A DNA stretch of 64,000 nucleotides from the IMG/VR virus record IMGVR_UViG_3300006467_000155; one strand, 5' to 3'. The stretch comes from an uncultured virus (IMG/VR IMGVR_UViG_3300006467_000155) (Duplodnaviria > Heunggongvirae > Uroviricota > Caudoviricetes). Shown piece after piece: positions 27,505 through 37,676 of this stretch. The notes under the pieces are model-generated. The model searched no databases. It saw only the letters and a program-made list of their open reading frames with translations, and had not been told where the DNA came from. The position numbers and the translations under genes are program-made. Positions within the stretch are counted from its first letter, which is position 1. Every line of letters begins with the position of its first letter.

Positions 27505-28784
27505 TATACGGCTCCTTTTGTTTCGTCCTTCAGAATGGGCGGATTCAACTCAAGAGACGATCCCCGGGAGTTTCCGGGGTCGGAAGCGATGACATGAGCG
27601 AACCGGAATTCTGATCGTGCATCGTCATAGGAGAACTGGTACCTGAACTTACGGAACGATGCCGAGTAGGTAACCTCAACCACGGCAAACAATCTTACCG
27701 GGTGGGAAAACAAGTCTACGGCCACCAACTCGTCTTGATTCACAGTTCTTGGTCTTGGGTTTGAGTAAGTCCCGTTCGGGTTGTAGACAACATCCTCTAT
27801 ACGGGTTCCGGGACCAGCCCAAGACACAGATCGACCCCCTGCCTCTACGCTGATAACTCTAACATTGACCCCGGCCACTGGGGTCTTCCTCAGACTAACC
27901 GAGGACTCCCCGTTGAAAGTCAGGGTCTCTTTTACCTGCTGCAGGCCCCCAGAAAGTTCCGTCAAAGTCCCTGCCGTAACAGACACATCAGCCCCATAAT
28001 TTGGGAACAACAACACATTGCATTCGGCCCTTAGCCTTGTGTTGGTTCCCCCTGTTAACCGAACCGGGGCCTGTGAATCTATCTCCAACCGCATGTTCGG
28101 TAACTTCAGGTCTTTCAACGTGTCGTTGTACCGGTAAGCGATCCGCCCGTACTCACAGTTTGGGGCGCCTATAGTAAGACTGGCCAACTGGTTGGTGGTT
28201 GGATTCACAGCCATTATCAACCCGTCACTAAAGGGGGATTCTGGGAGCGGAATAGCATTCCCTTCAGAATCCTGTGTACTTGGAGGGGTAATAGGGCAGG
28301 AGCCAGAGAACTGGTACTCATACAGTGAGTAGGGGTAGTCATAGGTCACCCTCACCGCCCCATAATGAGGGGCGTTGGCAACCACACTGTTACTCGTCTT
28401 CCGGTATTGATATGTGACATTAATGTCACTCCCCTCACGGTTGAAGGTCCGACCGACTTTCTCCACCCGGACATTGGTTATGCCAATGGGTAAGCTGGCC
28501 TCCAACACATCAGGATCAAACAGGAGTAGAGTCTGGCGGTTCTTCTCAACATCAGATCCCACCTGCCGAATACTCCCATTCACTGCCCTTACTTCAGCAG
28601 ATTCTTTGGGGTACAGGCGCACGTAATGCTTTTTTTGCACCGTTATCAGCAGGTCGTCATCCACAGTACGGGTGTCGGGCGGGGCTTCTCTTTGCCTGTC
28701 CAACTCAAGACGTATGCGCCCAAGGTCATCCTCATGGGCGCTATAGTCTACCCGTACTGTGGTGTTCTGGGCTCTGGTGACCAT
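27504..28784 (-). CDS. Minor tail protein with two repeats related to the 13615/14103 family
   Basis: IRLELD.../MRLEID... duplicated; ETLTFNGESSVSL. Confidence 0.6.
   Translation of the reverse strand: MVTRAQNTTVRVDYSAHEDDLGRIRLELDRQREAPPDTRTVDDDLLITVQKKHYVRLYPKESAEVRAVNGSIRQVGSDVEKNRQTLLLFDPDVLEASLPIGITNVRVEKVGRTFNREGSDINVTYQYRKTSNSVVANAPHYGAVRVTYDYPYSLYEYQFSGSCPITPPSTQDSEGNAIPLPESPFSDGLIMAVNPTTNQLASLTIGAPNCEYGRIAYRYNDTLKDLKLPNMRLEIDSQAPVRLTGGTNTRLRAECNVLLFPNYGADVSVTAGTLTELSGGLQQVKETLTFNGESSVSLRKTPVAGVNVRVISVEAGGRSVSWAGPGTRIEDVVYNPNGTYSNPRPRTVNQDELVAVDLFSHPVRLFAVVEVTYSASFRKFRYQFSYDDARSEFRFAHVIASDPGNSRGSSLELNPPILKDETKGAV
28415..28428. repeat. 14-bp palindrome copy (exact, intragenic)
   Basis: Encodes DINVT. 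Confidence 0.95.
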
Positions 28785-29788
28785 TACTCACTCTCGCCAT
28801 CAATACCAACAACAACACGGTTACCAGACAGAGACGATGCCCCTGCCGGGATATCACGCCGGTACCATACCGGAATTGCTGCCGGGGTGGTCTCGAACGT
28901 GATGGTGTCTCCTGCTTGGAAACTACCACTGAAGCCGGCGCTCCGAAGAACGAAGAACGGCTTGGAGTAGTCCCCATTGGAAGGCTGGAAATCACTGGAC
29001 ACGTTACCAGTGCCCACGCTGCCTTCGGTTGCCCCGGTGCAGCTAAACTGGGTGGCTGAGGTGAAGGTCAGGGTCCACGTCTCGTTCACGCCCCCGATGC
29101 TGTCTACCTCAACCGGGTAGGTGGTGTCATCGTAGTCCCCCGAGCCTGCGGCAGTCACAGAGAAGTTGCTAACAGCACCAACCACGTCCCCAGCTTCCAG
29201 AACAGAAGACACTCGGGTCTCTGAGGCGGTGTACCCATTATCCAACCCAGATTCCAAAGTCAGGGTTGCAACGTCACCCGCATAGGAGACTCCGCCAGTT
29301 GCAATGGTCTTGTACTCGGTGTTGCCACTTGGGTCTTCCACAGAAGTCTGATCAGAAACCCTAACCAGATCACCTGCCTTAAAGTAGTCCAGAGCTGCGC
29401 CTTCAGTCAGAACTTGGATACTGGTAGCCCCACCAGAAACGTTGGCATTTAGCTGGCCACCCCCATAAAGGCGCTCACTTCCAGTGATACCGGATTCCGT
29501 ATCGGTCTGGGTACCGAGGAAAATGGTTATGGAGTCATCCCCGGGTGTGAAGGTCTCCACAAAAAGGCGGGACCGAATCAGAGTGAGGTCATCGTCATTG
29601 GCAATGTGCACAAACACTTTGCGGTAAGACGTGGACCCGGCTGTCCGCTCGGAAGCGGGAACGTCCGGGAAGATACTGTTCTTTACTGCGTTCGGAATGG
29701 CGATGGCACTCATCCGTCCGCCATTAGCGGGCCCTGACACATTTTGCTGGGCTTTACGCCAAATCAACTCGCTACCTACAATGCTCAT
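28784..29788 (-). CDS. Minor tail protein (related to 24346..25134)
   Basis: NGGRMS, IFPDV...YRKVF, VWYRRDIPAG. Confidence 0.65.
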   Translation of the reverse strand: MSIVGSELIWRKAQQNVSGPANGGRMSAIAIPNAVKNSIFPDVPASERTAGSTSYRKVFVHIANDDDLTLIRSRLFVETFTPGDDSITIFLGTQTDTESGITGSERLYGGGQLNANVSGGATSIQVLTEGAALDYFKAGDLVRVSDQTSVEDPSGNTEYKTIATGGVSYAGDVATLTLESGLDNGYTASETRVSSVLEAGDVVGAVSNFSVTAAGSGDYDDTTYPVEVDSIGGVNETWTLTFTSATQFSCTGATEGSVGTGNVSSDFQPSNGDYSKPFFVLRSAGFSGSFQAGDTITFETTPAAIPVWYRRDIPAGASSLSGNRVVVGIDGESE

Positions 29789-29797
29789 GGTGTTCTC

Positions 29798-30178
29798 CTA
29801 CACAGTCATCAGTTTAATCGTCACCAGAAACCAGTCATCCGGTAACGGTTGAGCCCTGCTTATCAAAGGTTTGTACTCAAATGCTGGGGCCTCCTGATGC
29901 CGGAACATTACCCGCATTAACTCCCCATTCAATGTTAGATCATACTCGCCACCCACGCTGTCTGCCAACGACTTCACCTGCAGAACGTCGGTGTACTGCA
30001 TCCACCCTTGGTCTCTCAAACTCTCAAGCGTGATAGGCATCCCCTTCACCAAGGCCCCCGGGTAGACCACGAGCTTCCCTGACAGGGTTCTCCGGGTGGA
30101 TTGAACCACCGGGGAATACTCGCCCCGGTCGGACCACATAATGCCTGAGGGCAGGGTAACGCCGGCTAGTGTGCTCAT
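29798..30178 (-). CDS. Distal tail protein-like
   Basis: Directly after the tape measure; W.D...PVVQS.RRTLSG.LVV...G.PITL. Confidence 0.65.
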   Translation of the reverse strand: MSTLAGVTLPSGIMWSDRGEYSPVVQSTRRTLSGKLVVYPGALVKGMPITLESLRDQGWMQYTDVLQVKSLADSVGGEYDLTLNGELMRVMFRHQEAPAFEYKPLISRAQPLPDDWFLVTIKLMTV

Positions 30179-33100
30179 CAGGAACCCCTCTTAATCCGTT
30201 GCAGTGACTTGGCCAGCTTTCTGGTCTCCTCTCGCTCCCCAAACAATCGGATGGGGCCTGAGCCCAAATCCAATTTCAGCTCTACCGTATCACCCCCCTC
30301 ACTTCCGGACGAGATATTAGCCGGTCCTTGAGCAATCGAACCACCGGTAGCAAAACCCGGCAGGGAGGGTAGCTGAAGGTTGTTCAGGGCGTACATGAAG
30401 TCCAGCCCGTACTTTTTCACAGCGGCATTCCGCATCATGAACTCATCCCGGGAAGCAGCGATCAGGATGGAATCGCTCGTGGGAGTCCCCGGGCCTACAA
30501 TCCGACCCCCACCTGCAAACCCGGGAACCGTGATTTGACCCCCACCAGCGAAACCTTGGGGCCGGTTCAACTCATTGTAGCGGATGCGAACCACATACTC
30601 CTTGTTCAGGGTCTCCTCGATCTGGTTGATCTTGCTGTCCAGTTCTTCAGACTGGGGCTTGATCGTAACCAACTGATCCTGCCCCAGCTTCTCGAAGATC
30701 GCATTCACTTCGCTTTCGGTGTCACTAACCTGTAGCCCAATGGCAAACTTCCGCTCACGAAGACTGGCTTCAACGGAATCAAAGATACCCGTCAGAGCGT
30801 CCAGATCAACCTCCACTGGAAGCTCCACTTTCTGCTCGGCCAACTTGCTGATTTCCGCCCGTACAGCCGACAGGTTCTCCCGTAGAGTGGTGATTTCTTC
30901 CTCGGACGACTCTCGTGTTTCCTCAGCCAATTGCTTACGGCGCTCAAGGGCAGTGATGATGCTATCCGTTGCTTCCTTGGACACGCGGGTAGCCTGAGCA
31001 ATGGTCTGCTCCTCGTTCAGATACTCCCGGCCAGAGTCGAACCTTACGGATTGGAGTTCGGCAAGTTGGTCCGCCAGTTCTCGTTGGCGGCGTCCGGCTT
31101 CTTCCAGTGCTGTAAGGTCTCCAATCTCCTCTGCCTGCGCTGCATCCTCTCGCGCTTTCGAGATTTCTTTTTGCAGTTGGACATATTGCTGGTACTCCGA
31201 CAGTTCCTTTCCTTGGATGGAACGAAGCTGCTCGGCCCCAGCTTTGCGCTCGTCCGCAATCTGGCTTTCCAAGCTACGAATATCCTGTGCCGCTTGGCGC
31301 TGGCGGGCAACCGCTGCATCCAGACTGCTGGCAAGCTCGGCTTCATAGGATTGCTGGATTTGCAGGCGATCATCGGCAAGCTGCAAGGCCACGTCTCGAA
31401 GCTCGTTAGCCCTTTCCTTCTCATTGGCTATGGTCCTCTCCGCAATCCGGCGCTTTTCCAAGGCCTCTTGCTCGGCAATAGCAGTCAGCTCGTCAGCTCG
31501 TTGGCGTGCGGTGTCCACGGTCAAGGCCCTGATCTGCTCCTCAATTCGTGCAGCATCCTGATCACTGCCCCCAAGCACCTGAATGTCAGCCAGCTTGGAT
31601 TTCAACTGGTCGATCTGGCCGTTCACCTGATTGAATTTGATCTGGTTCAGAGCCGCCATGTTATCCGCCAGAAGCTCGGCAGATTCCTTGGTGAACTGGA
31701 ACTGCTTGGCCAACCCAGTAGATTCGGAACCGTCTGCATCCAGAGCTTTCTTCCGAGCCGCCTCGACCTTCTCCAACTGCTCGAACAGCAAGTCGAACTG
31801 CTCCTGTAGCTGCTGGCCCCGGGCCGCATCCACACTGTTACCCACGTCCAGACCCAGTACCGACCGCTTGGCCTGAGCCTCAGCAAAGGCTTCCCGGGCG
31901 TCCTGAATCACCTTGATCTGCTCACGAAGTCTCTCGCTGGCCTGATTCAGGGAATCGACGCTCTGATCTGCCAGTGCCCGTTCCGTTCCTTCCCGGGTGG
32001 TATTGAAGTCGTCAATCACGGCCCGAGCCGACCCGAAGGCGATCTGGAAATTGCGGAGGTCTTCTTCCTGCTCAGCAAAGGCCTCGTAGCCCTCAAACAG
32101 TTTCATTATGCCCCAGACAGCAGCGAGTGCCGGCACCAACCGAATAGCACCGGCCACCATTCCTTTCAGCGAGGTGGTGATTGCCCCGGTGGCTGTGGCC
32201 ATGGCCCGGGAGGAACCTGCAGTCGCCCCCATCAGAGTGGCGTTACGGGCCAACAGTCCGTTCTGGGTAGCCAGTGCGGCGTTCTCTCCCTGCAAGGCGG
32301 TGATCAGAGTCAGCTTAGCTTTCCTCAGGGTCACCACGGCCAGAGTCACGGAGCCGACAACGGCCAGAAGACTGGCGAACACCACGACAGCAATAGCAAC
32401 CACCTTGCTGAAAGTCTCATTCTCGTCAACGAACTCCGACACTCCCCTTGCCAGATCGCCCAGCAGGCCCACCAGATCAGAGACCAACGGCAATACCAAC
32501 TGGCCAATATCCCGGAATGCGGTTGCCAGTTCTTGCCCTGCAATAGAGAGTTGCTGAAGTGGCTCAGCCTGAATCTTCTCAAGTGCAGTCTGGGCAGACC
32601 CGGCGCTGTTTTCGACGCTCTGCAGGCCCTCGTTGAAGAACTGCATCTCATTGGCCGTGATGGTGGTGAAACCCTGCAGGGCCTCGACACTTCCCAGCAA
32701 CCGGCTTACCGCTTCCTGACTTCCCCCGGACGCTTCTTCGACCACAGCCAGTGCAGCCCCAAGACCTTGGGTTGCCAGTACGGTCTCCGCGCTCTCCCCG
32801 GCAATGTCTTGGAAAGCCAGTGCCAGTTCATCAGTCGGCTTGGCCAGAGAAACCAGCAGTTGCCGTAGGCCTGTGAATGCTTGGTTGGTTCGTACACCCT
32901 GCTTGGTGGAAGCCACAATGGAGGCCAGAACCTCGTCATAGCTCACCCCGAAGCTGGCAGCTATCGGGGCCGCTTGTGCAATATCCCGGGACAGTTCTGC
33001 GACTGTGGTCTTACCGCCTTCAACGGTTTTGAACAGCTTATCCACTACGTCTTCAGCGGTGCCCGCCGAGTCCCCAAACGAGTTGAGGATGGTGGTCACA

Positions 33101-33732
33101 CCGTCAGCGGCAAGGCCAATGTCCGCTACGCCAGCAGTCGCCAGCTTGGCTGATGCTGCCAATACTCGGTTGGCTTCATCCCCCGCTTGGGCCCCGGAGG
33201 AGATAATGTCGTACAGGGCCTTGGCGCTTCTTGCAGTGTCCACCCCGTAGGCAGTGGATACCTCGGTGACCGCCGCCGCCAATTCCTGATTGGAGACGAC
33301 CGTACTGTCAACGAGTGTGCTGATTTCCGCGATCTGCAGACCGAACTCTGCCGCACTCTTGGAGGCCGTACCAAAGAAGGTCAGCACGGCAGCCCCGGAA
33401 GCGGCCAGTAGGACAGCCGCCTCTTGGACTTCACCAAGGGTGTCTCTCAGTTTACGTAGTTCTTCTTCCGCGTCCCGGGCGTCTTCCTCAAGGCCTTCTG
33501 GCCCCTCAGTGTCTTCCAGCCCCTTGGCGGCTTTCTTTGCGTCTTCAGTGGCGTCCGCCAACTCCCCCATGGAATCGGCGGCTTTATCAGCGGACTTATC
33601 AACCTCAGAAAAAGAACCACCCTCAATGCCGGTCAGTTCTTTCTCAAGGGCTCGGACGCTCCTAACGATTTCGTCAATGGCATCCGTGGCTTCCTGCCTA
33701 GCTTTGATGAGGATTTCGATATTGTCAGCCAT
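30178..33732 (-). CDS. Tail tape measure protein (TP901-type core)
   Basis: 1184 aa, Ala-rich helical; LYDIISSG, GKTTVAEL, C-terminal GFAGGG..GPGT.TSDSI. Confidence 0.92.
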   Translation of the reverse strand: MADNIEILIKARQEATDAIDEIVRSVRALEKELTGIEGGSFSEVDKSADKAADSMGELADATEDAKKAAKGLEDTEGPEGLEEDARDAEEELRKLRDTLGEVQEAAVLLAASGAAVLTFFGTASKSAAEFGLQIAEISTLVDSTVVSNQELAAAVTEVSTAYGVDTARSAKALYDIISSGAQAGDEANRVLAASAKLATAGVADIGLAADGVTTILNSFGDSAGTAEDVVDKLFKTVEGGKTTVAELSRDIAQAAPIAASFGVSYDEVLASIVASTKQGVRTNQAFTGLRQLLVSLAKPTDELALAFQDIAGESAETVLATQGLGAALAVVEEASGGSQEAVSRLLGSVEALQGFTTITANEMQFFNEGLQSVENSAGSAQTALEKIQAEPLQQLSIAGQELATAFRDIGQLVLPLVSDLVGLLGDLARGVSEFVDENETFSKVVAIAVVVFASLLAVVGSVTLAVVTLRKAKLTLITALQGENAALATQNGLLARNATLMGATAGSSRAMATATGAITTSLKGMVAGAIRLVPALAAVWGIMKLFEGYEAFAEQEEDLRNFQIAFGSARAVIDDFNTTREGTERALADQSVDSLNQASERLREQIKVIQDAREAFAEAQAKRSVLGLDVGNSVDAARGQQLQEQFDLLFEQLEKVEAARKKALDADGSESTGLAKQFQFTKESAELLADNMAALNQIKFNQVNGQIDQLKSKLADIQVLGGSDQDAARIEEQIRALTVDTARQRADELTAIAEQEALEKRRIAERTIANEKERANELRDVALQLADDRLQIQQSYEAELASSLDAAVARQRQAAQDIRSLESQIADERKAGAEQLRSIQGKELSEYQQYVQLQKEISKAREDAAQAEEIGDLTALEEAGRRQRELADQLAELQSVRFDSGREYLNEEQTIAQATRVSKEATDSIITALERRKQLAEETRESSEEEITTLRENLSAVRAEISKLAEQKVELPVEVDLDALTGIFDSVEASLRERKFAIGLQVSDTESEVNAIFEKLGQDQLVTIKPQSEELDSKINQIEETLNKEYVVRIRYNELNRPQGFAGGGQITVPGFAGGGRIVGPGTPTSDSILIAASRDEFMMRNAAVKKYGLDFMYALNNLQLPSLPGFATGGSIAQGPANISSGSEGGDTVELKLDLGSGPIRLFGEREETRKLAKSLQRIKRGS

Positions 33733-33739
33733 CGGATGC

Positions 33740-34350
33740 TCAACCCTGTGTCAGATTTTTGAAGTCTTTGTCCGAAGCCCACACTGCAGCTCGGATACTC
33801 GTCATCTCCATCTGATGATAAGAGGTCAGGCGCTTATTAGCCAGATCAGAAAACGCCATCAACTGTCTGAGGGTGTAGCGTCTGACTTCGCTCCACTGGT
33901 GTCCTTCGCTGATGAGGAATTCTGCTTGTTCTGCGAGAACAGCGTCCCAGCTTCTCTCACTTCTTGCATGTTGACGTTTCTGGCCGCCTCTAAAAGTCCT
34001 TGTAGGAGGTGGCTTACCGTCTTTCCCACATCCGCAGGCTTAACCCCAGACAGCTCCCAGATTTTTGATATTAATGTCACTTGATGACCCAGCGGGAGTT
34101 GCCGAGCAAGCTCAAGTTCGGTTGGGTTCTTGGTCCCATAAGCGATCACGGCAGCCGCCAGCTTGGGCGTGTCCTTTATGATCTCTCTGGGTGCGATCTT
34201 GCCCCCCAACAGGCCGTTCATGCTTTCAGAGTAATCCTTCAGCAGCAGGCCAATGTCTTCAAGGGTCAAGGGATAGACTGTGACTGTTTGGTTAGTGGCC
34301 CCGGGGAGGGTCACTTCCTCACCCCGGGACACCAGTTCAGCAAGACTCAT
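33740..34350 (-). CDS. Tail assembly chaperone GT (programmed -1 frameshift product)
   Basis: G GGA AAG slippery site at 34021-34027; the -1 frame is open to TGA at 33740 (…FLISEGHQWSEVRRYTLRQL…). Confidence 0.85.
33859..34350 (-). CDS. Tail assembly chaperone G
   Basis: Lies between tail tube and tape measure. Confidence 0.85.
   Translation of the reverse strand: MSLAELVSRGEEVTLPGATNQTVTVYPLTLEDIGLLLKDYSESMNGLLGGKIAPREIIKDTPKLAAAVIAYGTKNPTELELARQLPLGHQVTLISKIWELSGVKPADVGKTVSHLLQGLLEAARNVNMQEVREAGTLFSQNKQNSSSAKDTSGAKSDATPSDS
34066..34079. repeat. Palindrome variant (intragenic, 1 mismatch)
   Basis: TGATATTAATGTCA. Confidence 0.85.
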
Positions 34351-34376
34351 TATCGCTCCTTCAAGTCAGCCGACGA

Positions 34377-35174
34377 TTACGCCAGTGATTGCACACGGAA
34401 ATACTTGGAGCCGGTTGTGCGTTTTTGGTCTGCCAGAGCAGAACCTTCTACGGCAATGTTCGCCAATTCTTCGTTGATCATGGCGAGTTCCTGAAGCGGG
34501 TCAGCCGCAAAGCGGAACACGTCAATAACCACAGGCTTATTGCCATCGGCAGTGTTGAGGCCTGCAAACCGCAACCAACGTTCAGGCTGGCCCGTGGTCA
34601 GGGCGTCCATCTGCTTCTGGGCCGCGTGGTCGAACGTCACCTTCACTTCATCTTCATCGGTCAGAGTTTCGGCAGCGCCGGCTGCGGTTTGCTCTGCGGC
34701 GGTCATGAAGTAGATGGAGCCCGCGTCTTCGTTCACCCGGAAGTTTTCATTCACGGTCAGGGTTGTAGGTGTACCGCTCGGGTTAGCTTCCGCTGACACG
34801 GTACTGACCTTGATCTTGTCAAGGCTGTAAATCTGGCCCAGCTTCACAGACGCAAAGGTCTTTTCACTGGCGGTACCTTGGGCAACGTCAGTGGTGGTGC
34901 CGTACAGACCCAGTGCCAGGTTCTCTTGGCTCAGAGACTCGATGGTCATGTTCACGGTGGCGTTCACTTCCTGAGTCAGACGCAGGTCGATACCACGAGC
35001 ACCAGTAGTGGATTCTTTGTGTTCAAGGTTGGTGGTTGCAACGGCCAAGGCCAGTGCAGACACGTTACCAATGGTGACGAAGCCTTCCGGCTCGCCAGTG
35101 GTTGCGTTACGAGTAGCCAAAAGAACAACGCCTTGGCCAGAGAAGTATTGCGATTGCGTATTATGTGCAGGCAT
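34377..35174 (-). CDS. Major tail tube protein
   Basis: YFSGQG...GF..IGN...EHKES.TG.R..D...ENLALGLYG siphovirus tube pattern. Confidence 0.85.
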   Translation of the reverse strand: MPAHNTQSQYFSGQGVVLLATRNATTGEPEGFVTIGNVSALALAVATTNLEHKESTTGARGIDLRLTQEVNATVNMTIESLSQENLALGLYGTTTDVAQGTASEKTFASVKLGQIYSLDKIKVSTVSAEANPSGTPTTLTVNENFRVNEDAGSIYFMTAAEQTAAGAAETLTDEDEVKVTFDHAAQKQMDALTTGQPERWLRFAGLNTADGNKPVVIDVFRFAADPLQELAMINEELANIAVEGSALADQKRTTGSKYFRVQSLA

Positions 35175-35188
35175 GGTTAGTGCTCCTA

Positions 35189-35419
35189 TTACTCGGTGGC
35201 TTCAGGGCCCTGTTCCGTAGCTTCGGGCTCCACCTTCGACTTGCCTCCGACTTTAAGAGACTTCGTTGCCGGTGCCCGCTCAGCTACCTTCTTTTCAATT
35301 AACCGATCCGCAATGGAGGGATGCACAGGCACCTTCTCTCCAATTTCACGTTCAGTTCCGTAGACCGCATGGCGCTCGGTCATAATCACTTCAACACTCT
35401 TGTCACCAGCCATGATCAT
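35189..35419 (-). CDS. Small virion-module protein
   Basis: GEKVPV....ADRLIEKKVA. Confidence 0.55.
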   Translation of the reverse strand: MIMAGDKSVEVIMTERHAVYGTEREIGEKVPVHPSIADRLIEKKVAERAPATKSLKVGGKSKVEPEATEQGPEATE

Positions 35420-35431
35420 AGCCCCTCTACT

Positions 35432-35854
35432 TTAGTTGGTAAACTGAGCCGAGACGTTCCAATAATGGACGTACCCCACCCCAATCCCGGTATCGAAAGG
35501 GAACTCCCCTCCGAAGATGTATTCATGTCCTGTTGGCGATTTCTGCCCTCTCACCGCATCAATGATTTTCTTGGTAACGGTGGAAGCGGTCAACGCATCC
35601 GAGCCTTTCTTGTGCAGGGAACCAATCACATGAATCCCGAACTGCAGGGTCACGGACATACCTTGCATCCCGGGCTTCTCACCCTTGGGAACGGCGGCCT
35701 GATAGATGACTGCTACGGCAGGGAGCTTCAGTTGCTTGGCGTCATGCAGAAACATGTCCGCGCTGTAGTGGGTCAGGTCTTTGTTCTTCACCTCCGGAAT
35801 GGCAGAGATGAGAGTTTCAAGGTGATCCCACACGTCTTCTACAGGATTGCTCAT
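35432..35854 (-). CDS. Tail terminator-like protein
   Basis: Position before the tube; LPAVAVIY. Confidence 0.6.
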   Translation of the reverse strand: MSNPVEDVWDHLETLISAIPEVKNKDLTHYSADMFLHDAKQLKLPAVAVIYQAAVPKGEKPGMQGMSVTLQFGIHVIGSLHKKGSDALTASTVTKKIIDAVRGQKSPTGHEYIFGGEFPFDTGIGVGYVHYWNVSAQFTN

Positions 35855-36315
35855 GCGCCAAATCTCCTACGTATCACCTGATTCACCACACTGGCGTCCG
35901 TTGGGCCTACCCCAATGAACCTCCGTTGCACCTGCCCGTTTTCCCCCTTCTGATGGTCCCGGCCATACGGGGCCTTGGTCTCATCAAAGGTGATTGCCCG
36001 GACACCACTGCCTTTCTTGTAGGCATAGATGCTGTGGAACAGGGTACCGGTGGCAAACAGGGTGTCGCCGCCTGTGACTTTCTTCCCATTGGACCAAGTG
36101 TACCCACCGCTCTTTCGGATTCTCGCCGCCTCGGACTCAGGCCACTTGGACCCATCTGGTGCTGTCTGCTTCCGGAATCGGGTGCGTATGCGGTTCAACA
36201 TCACGGCCTGAGCATTATCAAGCACTGCCTCAGGATCAGGCAGCTCCTTTTTGATCTGCTCAATCAGGTCTTTGGTGTCGATGCCTACTCGGCGTAGCTG
36301 GATAGAGGTGGTCAC
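35851..36315 (-). CDS. Virion morphogenesis / tail completion protein (Mu gpG / P2 S-like)
   Basis: RFRKQTAPDGSKW, L..TG.L..SI, HQ.G, RRFIG. Confidence 0.8.
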   Translation of the reverse strand: MTTSIQLRRVGIDTKDLIEQIKKELPDPEAVLDNAQAVMLNRIRTRFRKQTAPDGSKWPESEAARIRKSGGYTWSNGKKVTGGDTLFATGTLFHSIYAYKKGSGVRAITFDETKAPYGRDHQKGENGQVQRRFIGVGPTDASVVNQVIRRRFGA

Positions 36316-36935
36316 ATCGGCCTCGCTACAGGACTTCTCCCCCTACGGTAAGGGGCCAGACTGTTCACGGCCAGACCGGGGAGATGCGTTACGGTGCCTG
36401 AAGTTTCGGTGTCGTTGTACTTCCTGAGGGAATCGTACACTTCCATGGCTGTGAGAAGGGCGGCCTGCTTCAGCCACTCCGGGACTCCGGTGTAATACCT
36501 GCCAATCTGGTCAGCAGCGGTGTTGAACCCGGACAGATACTCGATCTGGAACCAGTGGTTCTCACGTTTCGCCACTTCACCCGGCAGCAGGGTTACATAG
36601 CCCCGGTAGGTGTCGATAGCAATTCCCATGTCAGGTATCGGGTCGGCAGCCGCCAGCTCACTGTTGTCCAGTGCTGAACGAATCACCACACTACCGGTAA
36701 CCAGAAGGGAATTCCTGAGCTTGAAGACAAGCCGGCCATCTGCAAAGTGATCTTGCTTGGCGGGCAGGAAGGTATCAACGTCTTTTTCTTCCTGCCGCCC
36801 GAAGCCGGTTTGAAGGTAACCAGAGATCGCGGGGGTAACTGCTTCCAACGCGGAGTTGAGAATCCTGTTGGTATCTGAATCGTTGCTCCGGTTAAGAGCG
36901 TTCCTCAGGTCTTCAATTGATGCCAACTTGGCCAT
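36312..36935 (-). CDS. Head-tail adaptor protein
   Basis: LAS..DL...L, I.Y.SG, VP.WLKQA.L, L.PYRR. Confidence 0.75.
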   Translation of the reverse strand: MAKLASIEDLRNALNRSNDSDTNRILNSALEAVTPAISGYLQTGFGRQEEKDVDTFLPAKQDHFADGRLVFKLRNSLLVTGSVVIRSALDNSELAAADPIPDMGIAIDTYRGYVTLLPGEVAKRENHWFQIEYLSGFNTAADQIGRYYTGVPEWLKQAALLTAMEVYDSLRKYNDTETSGTVTHLPGLAVNSLAPYRRGRSPVARPM

Positions 36936-36951
36936 CTCAGCTACCCCCATT

Positions 36952-36965
36952 TGATATTAATGTCA
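36952..36965. repeat. Palindrome variant (1 mismatch)
   Basis: TGATATTAATGTCA; supplies the stop of 36963..37256. Confidence 0.85.
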
Positions 36966-37256
36966 CACCGAAACGGCACCATCGTTCTCTGAGCTTACGC
37001 CATCATTGGGGTCTTCGCCACCGTTGTCCTTCGGTTTCTTGCTAGACGCTTTCTCCGCAGCCTTCACTTTCCCTTCCTGAATCACCTCATCGGGGTCATC
37101 ATCCGACATGATGAAGTAGGGCAGCCCGCCGTCTTCCTTTCTCAGAAGCTCATTGGCGAGGGTATCATTCAGGCTGTATGTCTTGCCGTGGACATACGTC
37201 TTGTCTTTATAGTTATAGCGTTTGGTCTTCAGCAGCTTGATTGATTTCATGATCAC
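36963..37256 (-). CDS. Hypothetical head-module protein
   Basis: ORF between capsid and adaptor genes. Confidence 0.6.
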   Translation of the reverse strand: MIMKSIKLLKTKRYNYKDKTYVHGKTYSLNDTLANELLRKEDGGLPYFIMSDDDPDEVIQEGKVKAAEKASSKKPKDNGGEDPNDGVSSENDGAVSV

Positions 37257-37313
37257 ACTCCATTACTGGGTTAGCAGGGGACAAAGGTTTTCTCCTGTGC
37301 GGACAGTATAGAC

Positions 37314-37343
37314 AAAAAAAAGCCAGTGTCACCACCGGCTTTT
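37314..37343 (-). terminator. Intrinsic terminator after the capsid and decoration genes
   Basis: AGCCGGTG-GTGA-CACTGGCT stem followed by a T8 tract. Confidence 0.75.
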
Positions 37344-37360
37344 CGTAAAACGCTTTGGGA

Positions 37361-37612
37361 TTACCCGAAGGCTACCACCGAAATAACGTCACCGGCAGCG
37401 AAATCGGTTGTCCCTGTGTTGTCCACAGTCACCTTCTCCGGGGTGATTGTTCGGGCTCCATCCCACGCCTTGGGTACACCGGCTGAAGTGGTAACTTGAA
37501 CCACTGCACCCTTGGCCTGAAATGAGTCGCCTACCGGGAAAACCACACTACCGGCAGTTACGTCTGCAGCGGTAACGGTGTGGGTCAGACCGCGTGTTTT
37601 AAAACCATTCAT
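37361..37612 (-). CDS. Putative head decoration protein
   Basis: Small beta-rich ORF immediately after the MCP, before the terminator. Confidence 0.6.
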   Translation of the reverse strand: MNGFKTRGLTHTVTAADVTAGSVVFPVGDSFQAKGAVVQVTTSAGVPKAWDGARTITPEKVTVDNTGTTDFAAGDVISVVAFG

Positions 37613-37676
37613 GACAGTTCTCCTGAGCTTTTTGGGTCGAAGCGGCAGTTAGGGGGGGCGAACCCCCCGTCACTGC

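Noticed and set aside
37305..37332. GTGACA-N16-TATACT promoter overlapping the terminator
   Set aside because: Single copy, off-consensus -35 and short spacer; not supportable without TSS data.
37645..37676. G/C hairpin with TTCG loop after the capsid gene as a terminator
   Set aside because: No U-tract follows on the minus strand; it is more likely a stabilising or pause hairpin.
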